The notes beneath the pieces were generated by a model that saw nothing but the letters and a program-made list of their open reading frames with translations, was not told the origin of the DNA and did no database searches. From Squalus acanthias (taxonomy: Eukaryota), in NCBI GenBank assembly GCA_030390025.1, contig CM059431.1, positions 115,570,001 to 115,634,000 of the forward strand: 64,000 nucleotides of DNA, given 5' to 3'. Positions 1 to 11,806 of this stretch are shown piece after piece (within the stretch, counting starts at the first letter, position 1; the number at the start of each line of letters is the position of its first letter). Both the position numbers and the translations under genes were made by a program.

Positions 1-1538
1 CGCGATTGGTTTCTCTTGGCCGTCATCCATTCCGTGGCTTATGATAGCTCTCACACCATAACTGGAAACATCACACGCTAACTTAAGCTCATGCTCTGTG
101 TCATAGTGTACAAGTAGAGCATCACTGGAGAGACTTCTCTTACAAGCATCATAAGCTTCCTGTTGCGCTTTTGTCCACTTCCACTGGACATCCTTCTTGA
201 GGAGCTCGTGCAATGCAGCTAACATGATCGTTAACTCAGGTAATAAACGTGCGTAGTACTGGACCATTCCAAGGAAAGATCTTAACTCAGACACGTTCTG
301 TGGCTTTGGAGCATTGATGACAGCATCAACCTTTTCCTTCACTGGTTGCAAGCCATTTGCATCAACCTTCAGACCAAGGAACACAACCTTGGCCTGCACA
401 AAAGCACATTTGCTCCTTTTCAATTTGACATTGTGGGCATTCAACCTTTGAAGCACTATATCTAACACTACTAGATTTTCTTCCTCACTGCTTGTTGCGA
501 TCAGCACATTGTCTTGATTGCATAAGCAATTTGTAACTCCTTGTAAAATCTTATCCATCGTAGCCTGGAAGATTTTTGGGGGTGGACTTTACACCATATA
601 GCAGCTTGGTGTATGAGTACAGTCCCTTGTGTGTGTTGATGGTGAGATACTGTTGACTCTCTTTGTCAACATTCAGCTGAGCTTAAGCATGCGACAGGTC
701 AAGCTTGGAGAAAACCTTTGACCCAGAGAGTGCTGCATACAAATCTTGCGATGTAGGTAATGGATACTGCTCATCGTCAACTGCTTGGTTGATAGTAACT
801 TTGTAGTCACCGCACAAGCGTACAGTTTTATCTGCTTTGGGCACTACCACAATCAGGGTAGCCCATTCACTTTTGTCAGTTTTTACTAGCGCTCCGTTCT
901 CTCTGAGCTTCGCTAGCTCTTCCTCCACCTGACTTTTCAATGCATAGGGGACCGGCCTTGCCTTACAATAGACAGGCTTCACGTTGGACTTGATCTGGAT
1001 ATGAGCATCATACCCAGTGATGCCCTCATAAACCCTCAATGAACATGCTTTCGTACTTGTTCAGCATTGTGTCAAGTCACTTCTTTGAAGCATCTACACT
1101 GAAGACATTTTTCCAGTCTAGTTTTTACTTTCTCAACCAGTATTTGCCCATGAGAGTTGGCCTGTTGTTGTAGCTTGCTACAATAACAGGCAGTTTTACT
1201 GACCGGCCATTATGTTGAACTGTACATTCCATTTGTTCACATATCTCTAGGATTTCTCCAGAGTAGGTTTTTAACTCTATGGTACTCTTTGTAAGTGGTA
1301 CTTGATTAAACTTACTCTCATATGTGTCCTTACTCATGATAGAGCAGTCCGCTGCCACGTCAATACACATATCAATATATTGTTCGTTGATCAAATGTTT
1401 TGTACGGAAGTTTTTCTCGCGATTGCTAGCATTGCCGCTAGTGGCATAGATACTGTAGATGCCTAGTCCTTCAACATCAGGTGTGTTCACTTCAATATTG
1501 TGAACTCCTCCCTTTTGTTGTCATTGCTTTGCTTTGTC
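1..1538 (-). pseudogene. pol: Gypsy pol pseudogene (aspartic protease, RT, RNase H linker) with stops and frameshifts
   Basis: ORF 1125-1490 is protease-like (IDVAADCSIMS...LMGKYW) and ORF 683-1039 is the RT N-terminus. Further left the minus strand reads GVTNCLCNQDNVLI, then RSFLGMVQYY and LKLACDVSSYGV. Confidence 0.9.
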
Positions 1539-4257
1539 GATATTTTACGATATAATTGGGATTACGGAGACATGGCTCCAGGGTGACCAAGGCTGGGAAC
1601 TCAACATCCAGGGGTATTCAATATTCAGGAAGGACAGGCAAAAAGGAAAAGGAGGTGGGGTAGCGTTGCAGGTTAAAGAGGAGATTAATACAATAGTAAG
1701 GAAGGATATTAGCTCAGATGATGTGGAATCTGTATGGGTAGAGATGCGAAATACCAAGGGGCAGAAAACATTAGTGGGAGTTGTATACAGACCCCCAAAC
1801 AGTAGTGGTGAGGTTGGGGATGGCATTAAACAGGAAATTAGAGATGCATGCAATAAGGGCACAGCAGTTATCATGGGTGACTTTAATCTGCATATAGATT
1901 GGGCTAACCAAATTAGTAACAATACTGTGGAGGAGGAATTCCTAGAGTGTATACAGATGGTTTCCTGGACCAATATGTCGAGGAACCAACTAGAGATCAG
2001 GCCATTTTAGACTGGGTATTATGTAATGAGAAAGGATTAATTAGCAATCTTGTTGTGCGAGGTCCCTTGGGGAAGAGCGATCATAATATGATAGAATTCT
2101 TCATTAAGATGGAGAGTGAAGTAGTTGACTCAGCGACTAGGGTCCTGAATTTAAATAAAGGAAACTACGATGGTATGAGGCGTTAGTTGGCTAGGATGGA
2201 TTGGGGAACGTTACTTAAAGAGTTGACGGTGGATAGGCAATGGCAAACATTTAAAGATCACATAGATGAACTACAGAATTTGTTCATCCGTGTCTGGCAT
2301 AAAAATAAAACAGGAAAGGTGGCTCAACCGTGGCTAACAAGGGAAATTAGGGATAGCATAAGATCCAAGGAGCAGACATATAAATTGGCCAGAAAAAGCA
2401 GCAAACCTGAGGATTGGGAGCAGTTTAGGATTCAGCAAAGGAGGACAAAGGGATTAATTAAGAGGGGGAAAATAGAGTATGAGAGTCAGCTGGGAGGGAA
2501 CATAAAAACTGACTGTAAAAGCTTCTATAGATATGTAAAGACAAAAAGATTAGTGAAGTCAAGCGTAGGTCCCTTGCAGTCAGAATCAGGGGAATTTATA
2601 ATGGGGAGCAAAGAAATGGCAGACCAATTAAATACATACTTTGGTTCTGTCTTCACAAAGGAGGACAAAAATAACCTCCCAGAGAGGTCGGGGAACATAG
2701 GGTCTAATGAGAGGGAGGAACTGAATGAAATCAGTATTTGTAGGGAAATGGTGTTAGGGAAATTGATGGGATTGAAGGCCGATAAATCCCCAGGACCTGA
2801 TAATCTACATCCTAGGGTACTTAAGGAAGTGGCCCCAGAAATAGTAGATGCATTGCTGGTCATCTTCCAAACTTCTATTGACTCTGGAACAGTTCCCATG
2901 GATTGGAGGGTAGCTAATGTAACCCCACTATTTAAAAAAGGTGGTTGAGAGAAAACGAGGAATTATAGACCGGTTAGCCTGACATCGGTAGTGGGGAAAA
3001 TGCTAGAGTCCATTATAAAAGATGTAATAGCAGAGCACTTGGAAAACATTGACAGGATCAGACAAAGTCAACATGGATTTACAAAAGGTAAATCATGCTT
3101 GACAAATCTACTGGAATTTTTTGAGGATGTAACTGGTAGAATAGATAAGGGAGAACCAGTGGATGTGGTGTATTTGGACTTTCAGAAGGCTTTCGACAAA
3201 GTCCCGCATAAGAGATTAGCATGCAAAGTTAAAGCACATGGGATTGGGGGTAAGGTACTGACTTGGATAGAGAACTGGTTGGCAGACAGGAAGCAAAGAG
3301 TTGGAATAAACGGGTCTTTTTCCGAGTGGCAGGCAGTGACTAGTGGGGTACCGCGGGGATCGGTGCTAGGACCCCAGCTATTCACAATATATATTAATGA
3401 TTTAGATGAGGGAACTAGATGTAATATCTCCAAGTTTGCAGACGACACAAAGCTGGGTGGGTGAGTGTGCTGTGAGGAGGATACAGAGAAACTCCAGTAT
3501 GATTTGGACAGGTTGGGTGAGTGGGCAAATACATGGCAGATGCAGTATAATGTGGGTAAATGTGAGGTTATCCACTTTGGTGTCAAAAACAGGAAGGCAG
3601 ATTATTATCTGAATGACAATAGATTGGGAAAAGGGGAAGTGCAACGAGACCTGAGTGTCCTTGTGCACTAGTCGCTGAAGGTAAGCATGCAGGTGCAGCA
3701 GGCGGTTAAGAAGGCAAATGGTATGTTGGCCTTCATAGTGAGAGGATTTGAGTACAGGAGCAGGGATGGCTTGCTGCAGTTGTACAGGGCCTTGGTGAGA
3801 CCACACCTTGAGTATTGTGTGCAGTTTTGGTCACCTTATCTGAGGAAGGATGTTCTTGCCATGGAGGGAGTGCAGCGAAGAATCACCAGACTGATACCTG
3901 GGATGGCAGGGATTGAAGGGATAATTACAAGTCCCAGCCTTCTCGGGCTACGCCAGATCAGGTGTATTCCCCAGACGTTCCCCTTCAACTAAAGTTAGAG
4001 ATAGCCGAATCCTATAAGATGCTTAATTGGGTCTAAAGGTTCAGACTATCTCTCCCTAAAGGAAGGAAATGACTTGAAGATATTACCTGTCCTCCAGATA
4101 GCACTTTTAATAAGTTTAACTAGACTGTAACCTTCCGGATATTATGAGGGTCTGGAAAATCCCCCAGAATTCTGCAACTCCTCACAAAAGAGTGTACAGA
4201 GATTTGAGTTTGCGAGGTTGATACAGAAATACTCTGTGAGACAATTCTAAAAATAGA

Positions 4258-4643
4258 TACGATAGCAAAATACTGCGGATGCTGGAAATCCGAAATAACA
4301 ACAGAAAACGCTGGAAAAACTCAGCAGGCCAGGCAGCATCCGTGGAGAGAGAAACAGAGTTAACGTTGCAGGTTGAAGACCTTTCATCAGAACTGGAAAA
4401 AAAGCAGGAAATGAAATAGATTTAAAGCAAGTATAATGCTGGGAAAAGGGGGAGGGGATGAAAGAACAAAAGGGAAGGTCAGTGGTAGGATAGAATGCAG
4501 GAGAGATTAAGAGACATTGAGAGACATTAAGAGATATTCAAGGCAAGAGGAGGTGGTAATGTGACAGGTTGAGGCTAGATGAAGTGTGAAATGCGCTGGC
4601 AGAATGAAGGACAGCTGCCAGCTTCTGGGAGGGAAGAAAAAAA
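4258..4643 (-). mobile_element. Penelope 3' UTR / terminal-repeat fragment
   Basis: Reverse complement aligns along its length with about 36950-37291 of the Penelope element in this window. Confidence 0.9.
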
Positions 4644-4869
4644 GGCCAAACCTCAAACCTAGCCTCAATGAGAATTTTTTTGCATCCAAGTCCTCTTGCA
4701 GCAAAGGCCAGGCAGTCTCTGAAGACATTCAATGCAGCAGCATCAGAGGCGACTTTCAGACCTAATACTACTACTACCTTCATCACATCTCCGTTGTAAT
4801 AGTGGACCTGCAGCTGATAGTCAGCTATCCACTTGTGCTCCCGCCAGGTTTCACTGGAGTGTTTCACAC

Positions 4870-5115
4870 CAGGCGTACTTCACGTCAGAAAAGGGTTAAA
4901 CTAGCTACAACGATTCAAAATAGCATTACAGACCCAATTTAGGGCTTGTTAAGGGCTGTAATGGCCTTAATAGAGTCGGGAACCCCGTGACTGATTTTGT
5001 CAAAATTGCGTGGAGGAGGGATGGAGTCGGGATGGGGTCGGAAACCCCGGCCCCGCAAATTTAACCCCCCACACGCCTCCAAACCCGACTCCATGGGTCA
5101 TTCAAAATCCAGCCC
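4870..5115. mobile_element. Right end of a Harbinger-type MITE (family of 11975-12786)
   Basis: TTTAACCCCCCACACGCCTCCAAACCCGACTCCA...AAAATCCAGCCC is nearly identical to 12731-12786. Left TIR not found. Confidence 0.7.
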
Positions 5116-6075
5116 TATGTCTTCAAATTGTTCTGTAGGTGTCATATTTACAATATGTAAATCAAAACCTCTTCAACCAGGCTGTTCCATGCATTTCTTA
5201 GCTACTTCAATTGTTTGTATATATAATTGTGTTTCCTGTTTCATTTGATGTTACTTTTACAAAGGCACATGGTTTTTTAATGTTCTGTGTTCCATTTCGA
5301 AGTGTTTGCTTTTTAACACTTTAAACTAGGTATAGCTATTGTGTTGGTTCCAAACTGCAGACTCCTTGGAAGAAAGCCTTTGCTTCTTCAATAGGGCCAT
5401 TGTCTCTGTGTCAATAACCATTTCCCATTTCAAAAGCTTGTATGGTGTTTACAGCTTTGTGTTAACACTTCATCTTATCTCAGAAGCCTGTATTTCTGTT
5501 TACAGCTTGTGTCGTTGAGGCTTTTAGATTTTTAACCCCAGTTTGTCATATTTTAATAATGTCAGAATTCTGTTCATAGGATGGTGTATTTTTCTGAAAT
5601 ATGGCTCATTCCTTTACAGGATGACATATGAGAGATGATTGGGTCGAATAGGCTTATACTCGCTAGAGGTTAGAAGAATGAGAGGGGATCTTATTGAAAC
5701 TTATAAAATTCTAACAGGACTAGACAGACTAGATGCAGGAAGGATGTTCCCGATGGCGGGTGAGTCCAGAACCAGGGGTCACAGTCTAAGGATAAGGGGT
5801 AAACCATTTAGGACTGAGATGAGGAGGAATTTCTTCACCCAGAGAGTGTTGAACCTGTGGAATTCTCTGCCACAGAGGACGGTTGAGGCCAATTCATTAA
5901 ATATATTCAAGAAGGAGTTAGATATAGTTCTTAAGGCTAAAGGGATCAAGGGATATTGGGAGAAAGCAGGGACAGGGTACTGAATTTGGATGATCAGCCA
6001 TGATCTCATTGAATGGCAGAGCAGGCTCGAGGGGCCGAATGGCCTACTCCTGCTCCTATCTTCTATGTTTCTATG

Positions 6076-6905
6076 TTTGTCACTAGAATGGTTCTTACTT
6101 CCTGCTTTAGATCTAGCTCTGCAAGCTGTTGAAATATGGCCTTGCTTCTGGCAGTTAAAACACTTCGCATTTCTGTATTGGCAGGACTGTGGTGAGTGAT
6201 TTCCATTGCAGCGATAACAGTTCACTGAACTGTTCTCACCGACATGCTTTTGACTCGGTCTCACAGCTTTAGGTTTGGCATTGGCTTTGTGACTGTAGAC
6301 CTCAGCTGTACTAGTCACTTGAGTTGGACGGTGCTCCCTCGCATTCATAGATGCCATCTCCATAGATAGGGTAATTTTGCATGCTATGTCAAACGTTAGG
6401 TTCGGAGTGTTCAGTAACCTGGACTGTGTGCGCTCATCCACCAGTCCACACACAAACTTATCTCGCAATGCAAGATCCAAAAATGAGCCGAAGTTACAGT
6501 GCAAAGACTGATTCTTAGGAGCTACAATGTACTCACTGATGATTTCACTTTATTTTTGGTTTCTGGTACCAAACTTATAGCTCTCTGCTATTTCTAATGG
6601 CTTTGGGTCGAAATGTTCCTCAAGTTTCTCGACAATGTCTTCAAACGACGCACCCTTTGCTTTCCCTGGCGCGAGTAGGTTTGTCAACGTTCCGTAGACA
6701 TCTGGCCCGATCTCAGTTCTCAAATTGCCTTCTTCTGTTCTCAAATTACTTTATTTTGAGCTTGAAAATTCTCATCTGCACCTCCGGTCTCAATAATGTT
6801 ATTGGCCTTAAAAAACATCTCCATTTGCTCAATGTAAGAACTGAATGGTTTGCAAGCTCTGTCATACATGCCGAGGCTTCCGATGAATCCCGTAGGCGCG
6901 GCCAT
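6076..6905 (-). pseudogene. gag: Gypsy gag pseudogene
   Basis: ATG at 6905 gives MAAPTGFIGSLGMYD...YIEQMEMFFKANNI, then LEEHFDPKPLEIAESYKF, CNFGSFLDLALRDKFVCGL and knuckles CYRCNGNHSPQSC / CFNCQKQGHISTAC. Disrupted by frameshifts and stops. Confidence 0.9.
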
Positions 6906-7132
6906 GATTGTCCCGGTCCCATTGAACAGTGACTCAGCACGCTACCTGTGTACCTAGGAGAATCAGCGCCGCTGTTGCTGTGTATACATACACGTGGAGG
7001 CGAAGCACAGACGATTGTGCATGAGCATTAACCGTAAAACATCGCAAAAATTCAGTCACAAATTCATCTTAAACTTGTCCACTTGAAGTTTGAACACTGT
7101 GTCCTTCCGTGATCCCTAAAAATGGCTTTGGG

Positions 7133-7150
7133 ATCCCATCCTCATCGCCA
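7133..7150 (-). promoter_or_regulatory. Primer-binding site complementary to the 3' end of tRNA-Ser(GCU)
   Basis: Plus strand ATCCCATCCTCATCGCCA matches the recalled vertebrate tRNA-Ser-GCT 3' end ATCCCATCCTCGTCG-CCA at 17/18 nt and lies 4 nt inside the LTR boundary. Confidence 0.85.
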
Positions 7151-7154
7151 AAAA

Positions 7155-7258
7155 TGTAATGCATGTGGGTAGAACAAATGAAGGACAGAGACACGATGAG
7201 TTGCTAGTCCAGAGCGAACTGAGCATGCTCCTATCAAACCATGTGATAATACATTACA
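7155..7258 (-). repeat. Gypsy 5' LTR, about 104 bp
   Basis: Adjacent to the PBS. Ends TGTAATGCAT...ATACATTACA form a 9/10 inverted repeat with TG...CA termini. Confidence 0.7.
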
Positions 7259-8537
7259 GAGTTGGTGCATGGCTTAGGAAGGGCCAGAAAAAAAAGTGCA
7301 AAGAGAAGGAATTTACTTTAAAAAAAAGGGTTGTAATCCTCACAAAATGCAAACACCCTCCAAAAAAAATCTGTATTTTGATTAAAGAATTTACACGTTT
7401 AACTGATAATAGATACCTATCAATGAATTTAAGGCAGCAGTAACACCTTGGGGCTCACGTGATAAACAACAACTGTTCAAGATTTGCTCTTGTGCTTTAT
7501 GATGATGTCTGAATAACTTGATTGAATTATTGTTTTGTGATACACTCAAGGATACTTTTTCTGAGTTCTCACCTTACCCACCACAGGGTCTGTGGTTTTA
7601 CGATGTGCGCTTCTGGTGTGTAAAGATTCCGAAATCTACCCTTTCCTGTTATCCAGGCTGGGTTTTTATCATCCAACTGGAATTACCAGTGCAATCTTCC
7701 CAATATTTTCTGCAAGTTTCTTGTGATATGACTTGGAAAATACGAGAACTTTGTGGTGAAAACTTGTAAATTATTGCACAACAAAATGCAAAAGATATCT
7801 GCGACTTCCAAACAAAACGGAAATGCGAACGGGGTCCAGTAAACAAGGAAAAAAACAGTGAAAATGTAAACACCATATAAATTAAAAATTAACACTCTCG
7901 ATCAAAGATTAAAAAAAGAGGACAGAATTAGAAACAACAGCTGAAGGTTTATTTTGGCAGAATCACATTCTGCAGGAGAATGGCATTCTATGGATCCTTC
8001 AGCAGCAGAACCCAAGGAGAAACAGACCCTCAGGCTGAGGCACTCAACAGACAGCAGGACAGCAGCATAGAAAAGTCCCAGGCAAACAGCATGGCGACAG
8101 AGTTTGTGGTAGTGACATTCCACAGAACACACTCCAGGGTAGCAACACTTCAGAGACCCTCAGGCTGAGGGACAAGACCTGAAGCAGTGACATTCCACTG
8201 ATCAGACAAAAGGAAGAGGCATTCCTTACACATTCCATAGAACCCAAGGCAGCGGTGCTCTGCTGAAAAGAGTGACATGCCACAGATCAGACCCCTGGGC
8301 AGTGTCACTCAACAGGGGCTGAGAGAGCCACTCCATAGCAAACCCCACAGTAAGATCACTTCCAAAGCACTCTGCGGAGGGTACTGCCAACAAGCAAAGG
8401 ACTGCCACATCCCAACAGTAGCAACTGAAACATTATACAGAATATGAATACATCTATTTTATATTATACAAAATAAAATTTTCATTAGAGTGACTTGGAG
8501 TATGATAACCTCCGTATTTGGAGGACTACATTTGGAA

Positions 8538-9680
8538 GACGGCATTACCATCGTCGAATCCCCCACCATGAGTGTCACCCTCGCCTCTGAATCAGAAGGT
8601 TGTGGGTTCAAGTCCCACTCCAGAGACTTGAGCACAACAATCTAGGCTGACACTCCAGTGAGGTACTGAGGGTGTGCTGCACTGTCAGAGGTGCTGTCTT
8701 TCGGATGATATGTTAAACCGAGGCACCGTCTGTTCTCCCAGGTGAATGTAAAAGATCCCATGGCATGGCACTATTTCGAAGAAGAACAGGTTATCTCCGG
8801 TGTCCTGGCCAATAGTTATCCCTCAAACAACATCACTAAAAACAGATTATCTGGTCATGATCACATTGCTGTTTATGGGAGCTTGCTGTGTGCAAATTGG
8901 CTGCCACATTTCCTACATTACAACAGTGACTACACTTCATAAAGTACTTAATTGGCTGTAAAATATTTTGGGACGTCCAGTCGTCGTGAAAGGCACTATA
9001 TAAATGCAAATCTTTCTTTCACAAAAACATCATAGGGGTCACCATTGACCAGAAACTTAACTGGACCAGCCACATAAACACTAACGCAGGTCAGAGGTTG
9101 GGTATTCTGCGGTGAGTGTCTCACCTCCTGACTCCCCAAAGCCTATCCACCATCTACAAGGCACAAGTCAGGAGTGTGATGGAATACTCTCCACTTGCCT
9201 GCATGAGTCCAGCTCCAACAACACTCAAGAAGCTTGACACCATCCAGGACAAAGCAGCCTGCTTGATTGGCACCCCATCCAGCACCTTAAACATTCACTC
9301 CTTCCACCACCGGTGCACAGTGGCTACAATGTGTACCATCTACAAGATGCACTACAGCAACTCGCCAAGGCTTCTTCGGCAGCACCTCCCAAACCCACGA
9401 CCTCTACCACCTAGAAGGACAAGGGCAGCAGGCACATGGGAACGCCAGCTCCTCCAAGTCACACACCATCCTGACTTGGAAAGATATCGCCGTTCCTTCA
9501 TCATTGCTGTATGAAAATCCCGGAACTCCCTCCCTAACAGCACTATGGGAGTAGCTTCACTCTATGGACTGTAGCGGTTCAAGAAGGCGGCTCACCACCA
9601 CCTTCTCAAGGGCAATTAGGGATGGGCAATAAATGCTGGCCTTGCCAACGATGCCCACATCCCAGGAACAAATAAAAAAA
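8538..9680 (+). mobile_element. 3' fragment of CR1/L2-group (Zenon-like) LINE, split by a DeuSINE
   Basis: LSTIYKAQVRSVMEYSPLA...LDTIQDKAACLIG. Same family as 56701-60228. 3' end GCAATAAATGCTGGCCTTGCC...CCCACATCCC. Confidence 0.85.
8572..9020 (+). mobile_element. DeuSINE (SacSINE1-like) tRNA-SINE
   Basis: B-box-like GGTTCAAGTCC, Deu-domain-like GTTAAACCGAGG...AAAAGATCCCATGGCA...TGTCCTGGCCAATA, and L2-type tail TATATAAATGCAAATCTTTCTTT. Confidence 0.85.
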
Positions 9681-10090
9681 ACGTAAGTTACTCTAGCTTC
9701 ACTGTCATGGTTTATGACATTATATAGTTCTTAACTGCATTATAGCTCATTATCACATCTTAGTTCAACTAATGTTCTACATGTGTACCACTGCTGCCAT
9801 CAGGCATCTGCTGTGTTTATACTCATGTCTATCAGCTCCATTACTTGCTCCATTAAACTGTTTGCAAATTCTTGGCTTCATCAACTCCAGTTAGGAACAA
9901 CCAAATATGTAAAGCTTCACTTTCTTTGCTGTTTTTCCCACATTAGGAAAACTTTAACACGATGTCAAAGTTTCCTTCCCGCACTCATAAACCCAGTGCA
10001 ATGCTCTCCAATTGCTTCACTCCACGTAAACTAACCATGGTAATTCCTGCTAAAGACCCTTTGGACCAGTGGCAAGCTAGCTTGTCAAGA

Positions 10091-10212
10091 TGCGGAGATG
10101 CCGGTGTTGGACTGGGGTGGACAAAAATGAGAAGTCGCACAACACCAGGTTATAGTCCAACAGTTTCATTTGAAATTACGAGCTTTCAGAGCTCTGCTCC
10201 TTCTTCAGGTAC
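10091..10212 (-). mobile_element. Terminal-repeat fragment of a second Penelope-type family, with hammerhead motif
   Basis: TGCGGAGATGCCGG(TGTTGGACTGGGGTGGACAAAA) recurs at 48576 and partly at 53466. The minus strand has CTGAAGA-A-GGAGC-AGA-GCTCT-GAAAGCTC. Confidence 0.7.
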
Positions 10213-11100
10213 AGTGAGGGAATATAAATCGATTACACAGTATATATAGACAGAGAACAATGTGTCTGCAGAGATACAATCCGTCAGGGAGGCATTACAT
10301 CAAAGACACATCAGAGTTCAATTTCAATGTCAATTTCCCAGTCAGTGGAGGAACGCACAAATGTGAAACTTGTAGCAGGCAATCCATTACTGTATTAATA
10401 TGATTAAAATTTCAAACAGATTAACTGCAGCTCGCAGTGCAGCTCTTTGTTCTGAGGGGCTTATCATCATTCACTACAGAAACTGAAGAGCTTGGATGCA
10501 AAGTTCGCTCCACCAGCCTCTCACTCAATTAATCTCATTCCCACCAATCAGGCCTTACAGCTCTGCATGGAGTGTTTCCTGAATATTCCTGAGGCTTACT
10601 ATAAGGGTGTTTCTGACACAGTTTTCATATTTTGCCAAACCAAGAGGATTGTTAGCTTCCTTCTCATACTGGTGGCACTTCAAACACAATCATGAACCAG
10701 TTTATGGAGTTTAATGAACTTTGTTCAGTGACAGCAGCTTGTTCACACATTGGCTTCAGAAGTAATCTCTGACACTTCTCTCCAGACATTGGGACAGGCA
10801 TTGCTGGGAAGTTGTGCTATTAGAATGACGCATTAATGTCGTTCTCCATTATGCATTCGTAAAAAATCTAGCAATTAGGGGAGTAAAAGAGATACGCCAT
10901 GAGTTCTGATTCTCCGCAAATTGCAGGACCCTGTTAATGACGTTATTTATGGTGCTGTCATGGCACTCAACCTTGAAGGCCCATGAACAACAACCACCAC
11001 AACTTGCATTTATTTAGCGCCTTTAATGTATTAAAATGTTGCACGCTGCTTCACAGGAGCGTTATCAAACAATATTTGACACCGAGCCACATAAGGAGAT

Positions 11101-11806
11101 GTGGCTAAATATTGGGAAGACTGAAGCCATTGTCTTGGGTCCCCGCCACAAACTCTGTTACCTAGCCACTGACTCCATCCCTCTCCCTGGCAACATTCTG
11201 AGGGTGAACCAGACCGTTTGCAACCTTGGTGTTGTATTTGACCCCGAGATGAGCTTCTAACCACATTTCCGCTCCATCACCAAGACCACCTATTTCCAAC
11301 CCCATAACATTGTCCGACTCTGTCCCACCTCAGCTCATTTGCTGCTGAAACCCTCATCCATGTCTTTGTTACCTCTAGACTTGACTATTATAATGCTCTC
11401 CTGGCCAGCCTCCCATCTTCTACCCTACATAAACTTGAGTTCATCCAAAACTCTGCTGCCCATTCACCCATCACCCCTATGCTTGCTAACCTACATTGGC
11501 TCCCGGTCTGGCATTTGCCTCAATTTCAAAAGCCTCATCCTTTTCAAATCCATCCATGACCTCACCCATCACTATCTCTGTAACCTCCTCCAGCCTACAA
11601 CCCTTCAAGAGCTCTGCGCTCCTCCAATTCTGGCCACTTGCTCATCCCCAATTTTAATTGTTCCACCATTGGCGGCTGTGCCTTCAGCTGCCTGGGCCCT
11701 AAACTCTGGAATTCCCTCCCTAAACCTCTCCGCCTCTCTGCCTCTCTCTCCTCCTTTAAGACGCTCCTTAAAACCAACCTCTTTGATTAAGCTTTTGGTC
11801 ATATGT
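11101..11806 (+). mobile_element. L2 3'-region segment in the opposite orientation to the flanking L2
   Basis: LNIGKTEAIV...LGVVFDPEMSF on the plus strand. Flanked by direct repeat CCACATAAGGAGAT. Confidence 0.85.

Larger units (their letters stand above)
3914..5618 (-). mobile_element. Solo LTR (ERV- or Gypsy-type) with nested insertions at about 4258-5115
   Basis: Termini TGAAGGGA...TCCTTTACA and 4-bp TSD GGAT (3910-3913, 5619-5622). Excision restores CR1 codons GGG ATG GCA GGG ATG ACA TAT GAG. Orientation inferred from minus-strand TATATA (~5220) and ATTAAA (~4108). Confidence 0.85.
1539..6075 (+). mobile_element. 5'-truncated CR1 LINE (ORF2 APE+RT pseudogene and 3' UTR), interrupted at 3914-5618
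   Basis: YDIIGITETWL, MGDFN, SDHNMI (APE). [37 protein letters not shown] (RT). Tail TTCTATGTTTCTATG. TSD TTTGTC at 1533-1538 and 6076-6081. Confidence 0.96.
1..7258 (-). mobile_element. Ty3/Gypsy LTR retrotransposon, 5' part (LTR, PBS, gag, protease, RT, start of RNase H). Continues past the left edge and is interrupted by CR1 at 1539-6075
   Basis: Minus-strand order LTR-PBS-gag-pro-RT. RT motifs KARPVPYALK, VRLCGDYKVTIN, YPLP, FSKLDLSHA. Gag has two zinc knuckles. Confidence 0.93.

Noticed and set aside
4358..4394. Active hammerhead in the nested Penelope fragment
   Set aside because: The conserved GAAA is mutated to GCAA and stem II is weakened.
5779..6504. 241-aa zinc-knuckle protein as an intact gene
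   Set aside because: It is a chimeric read-through: gag up to 6076, then antisense CR1 3' UTR.
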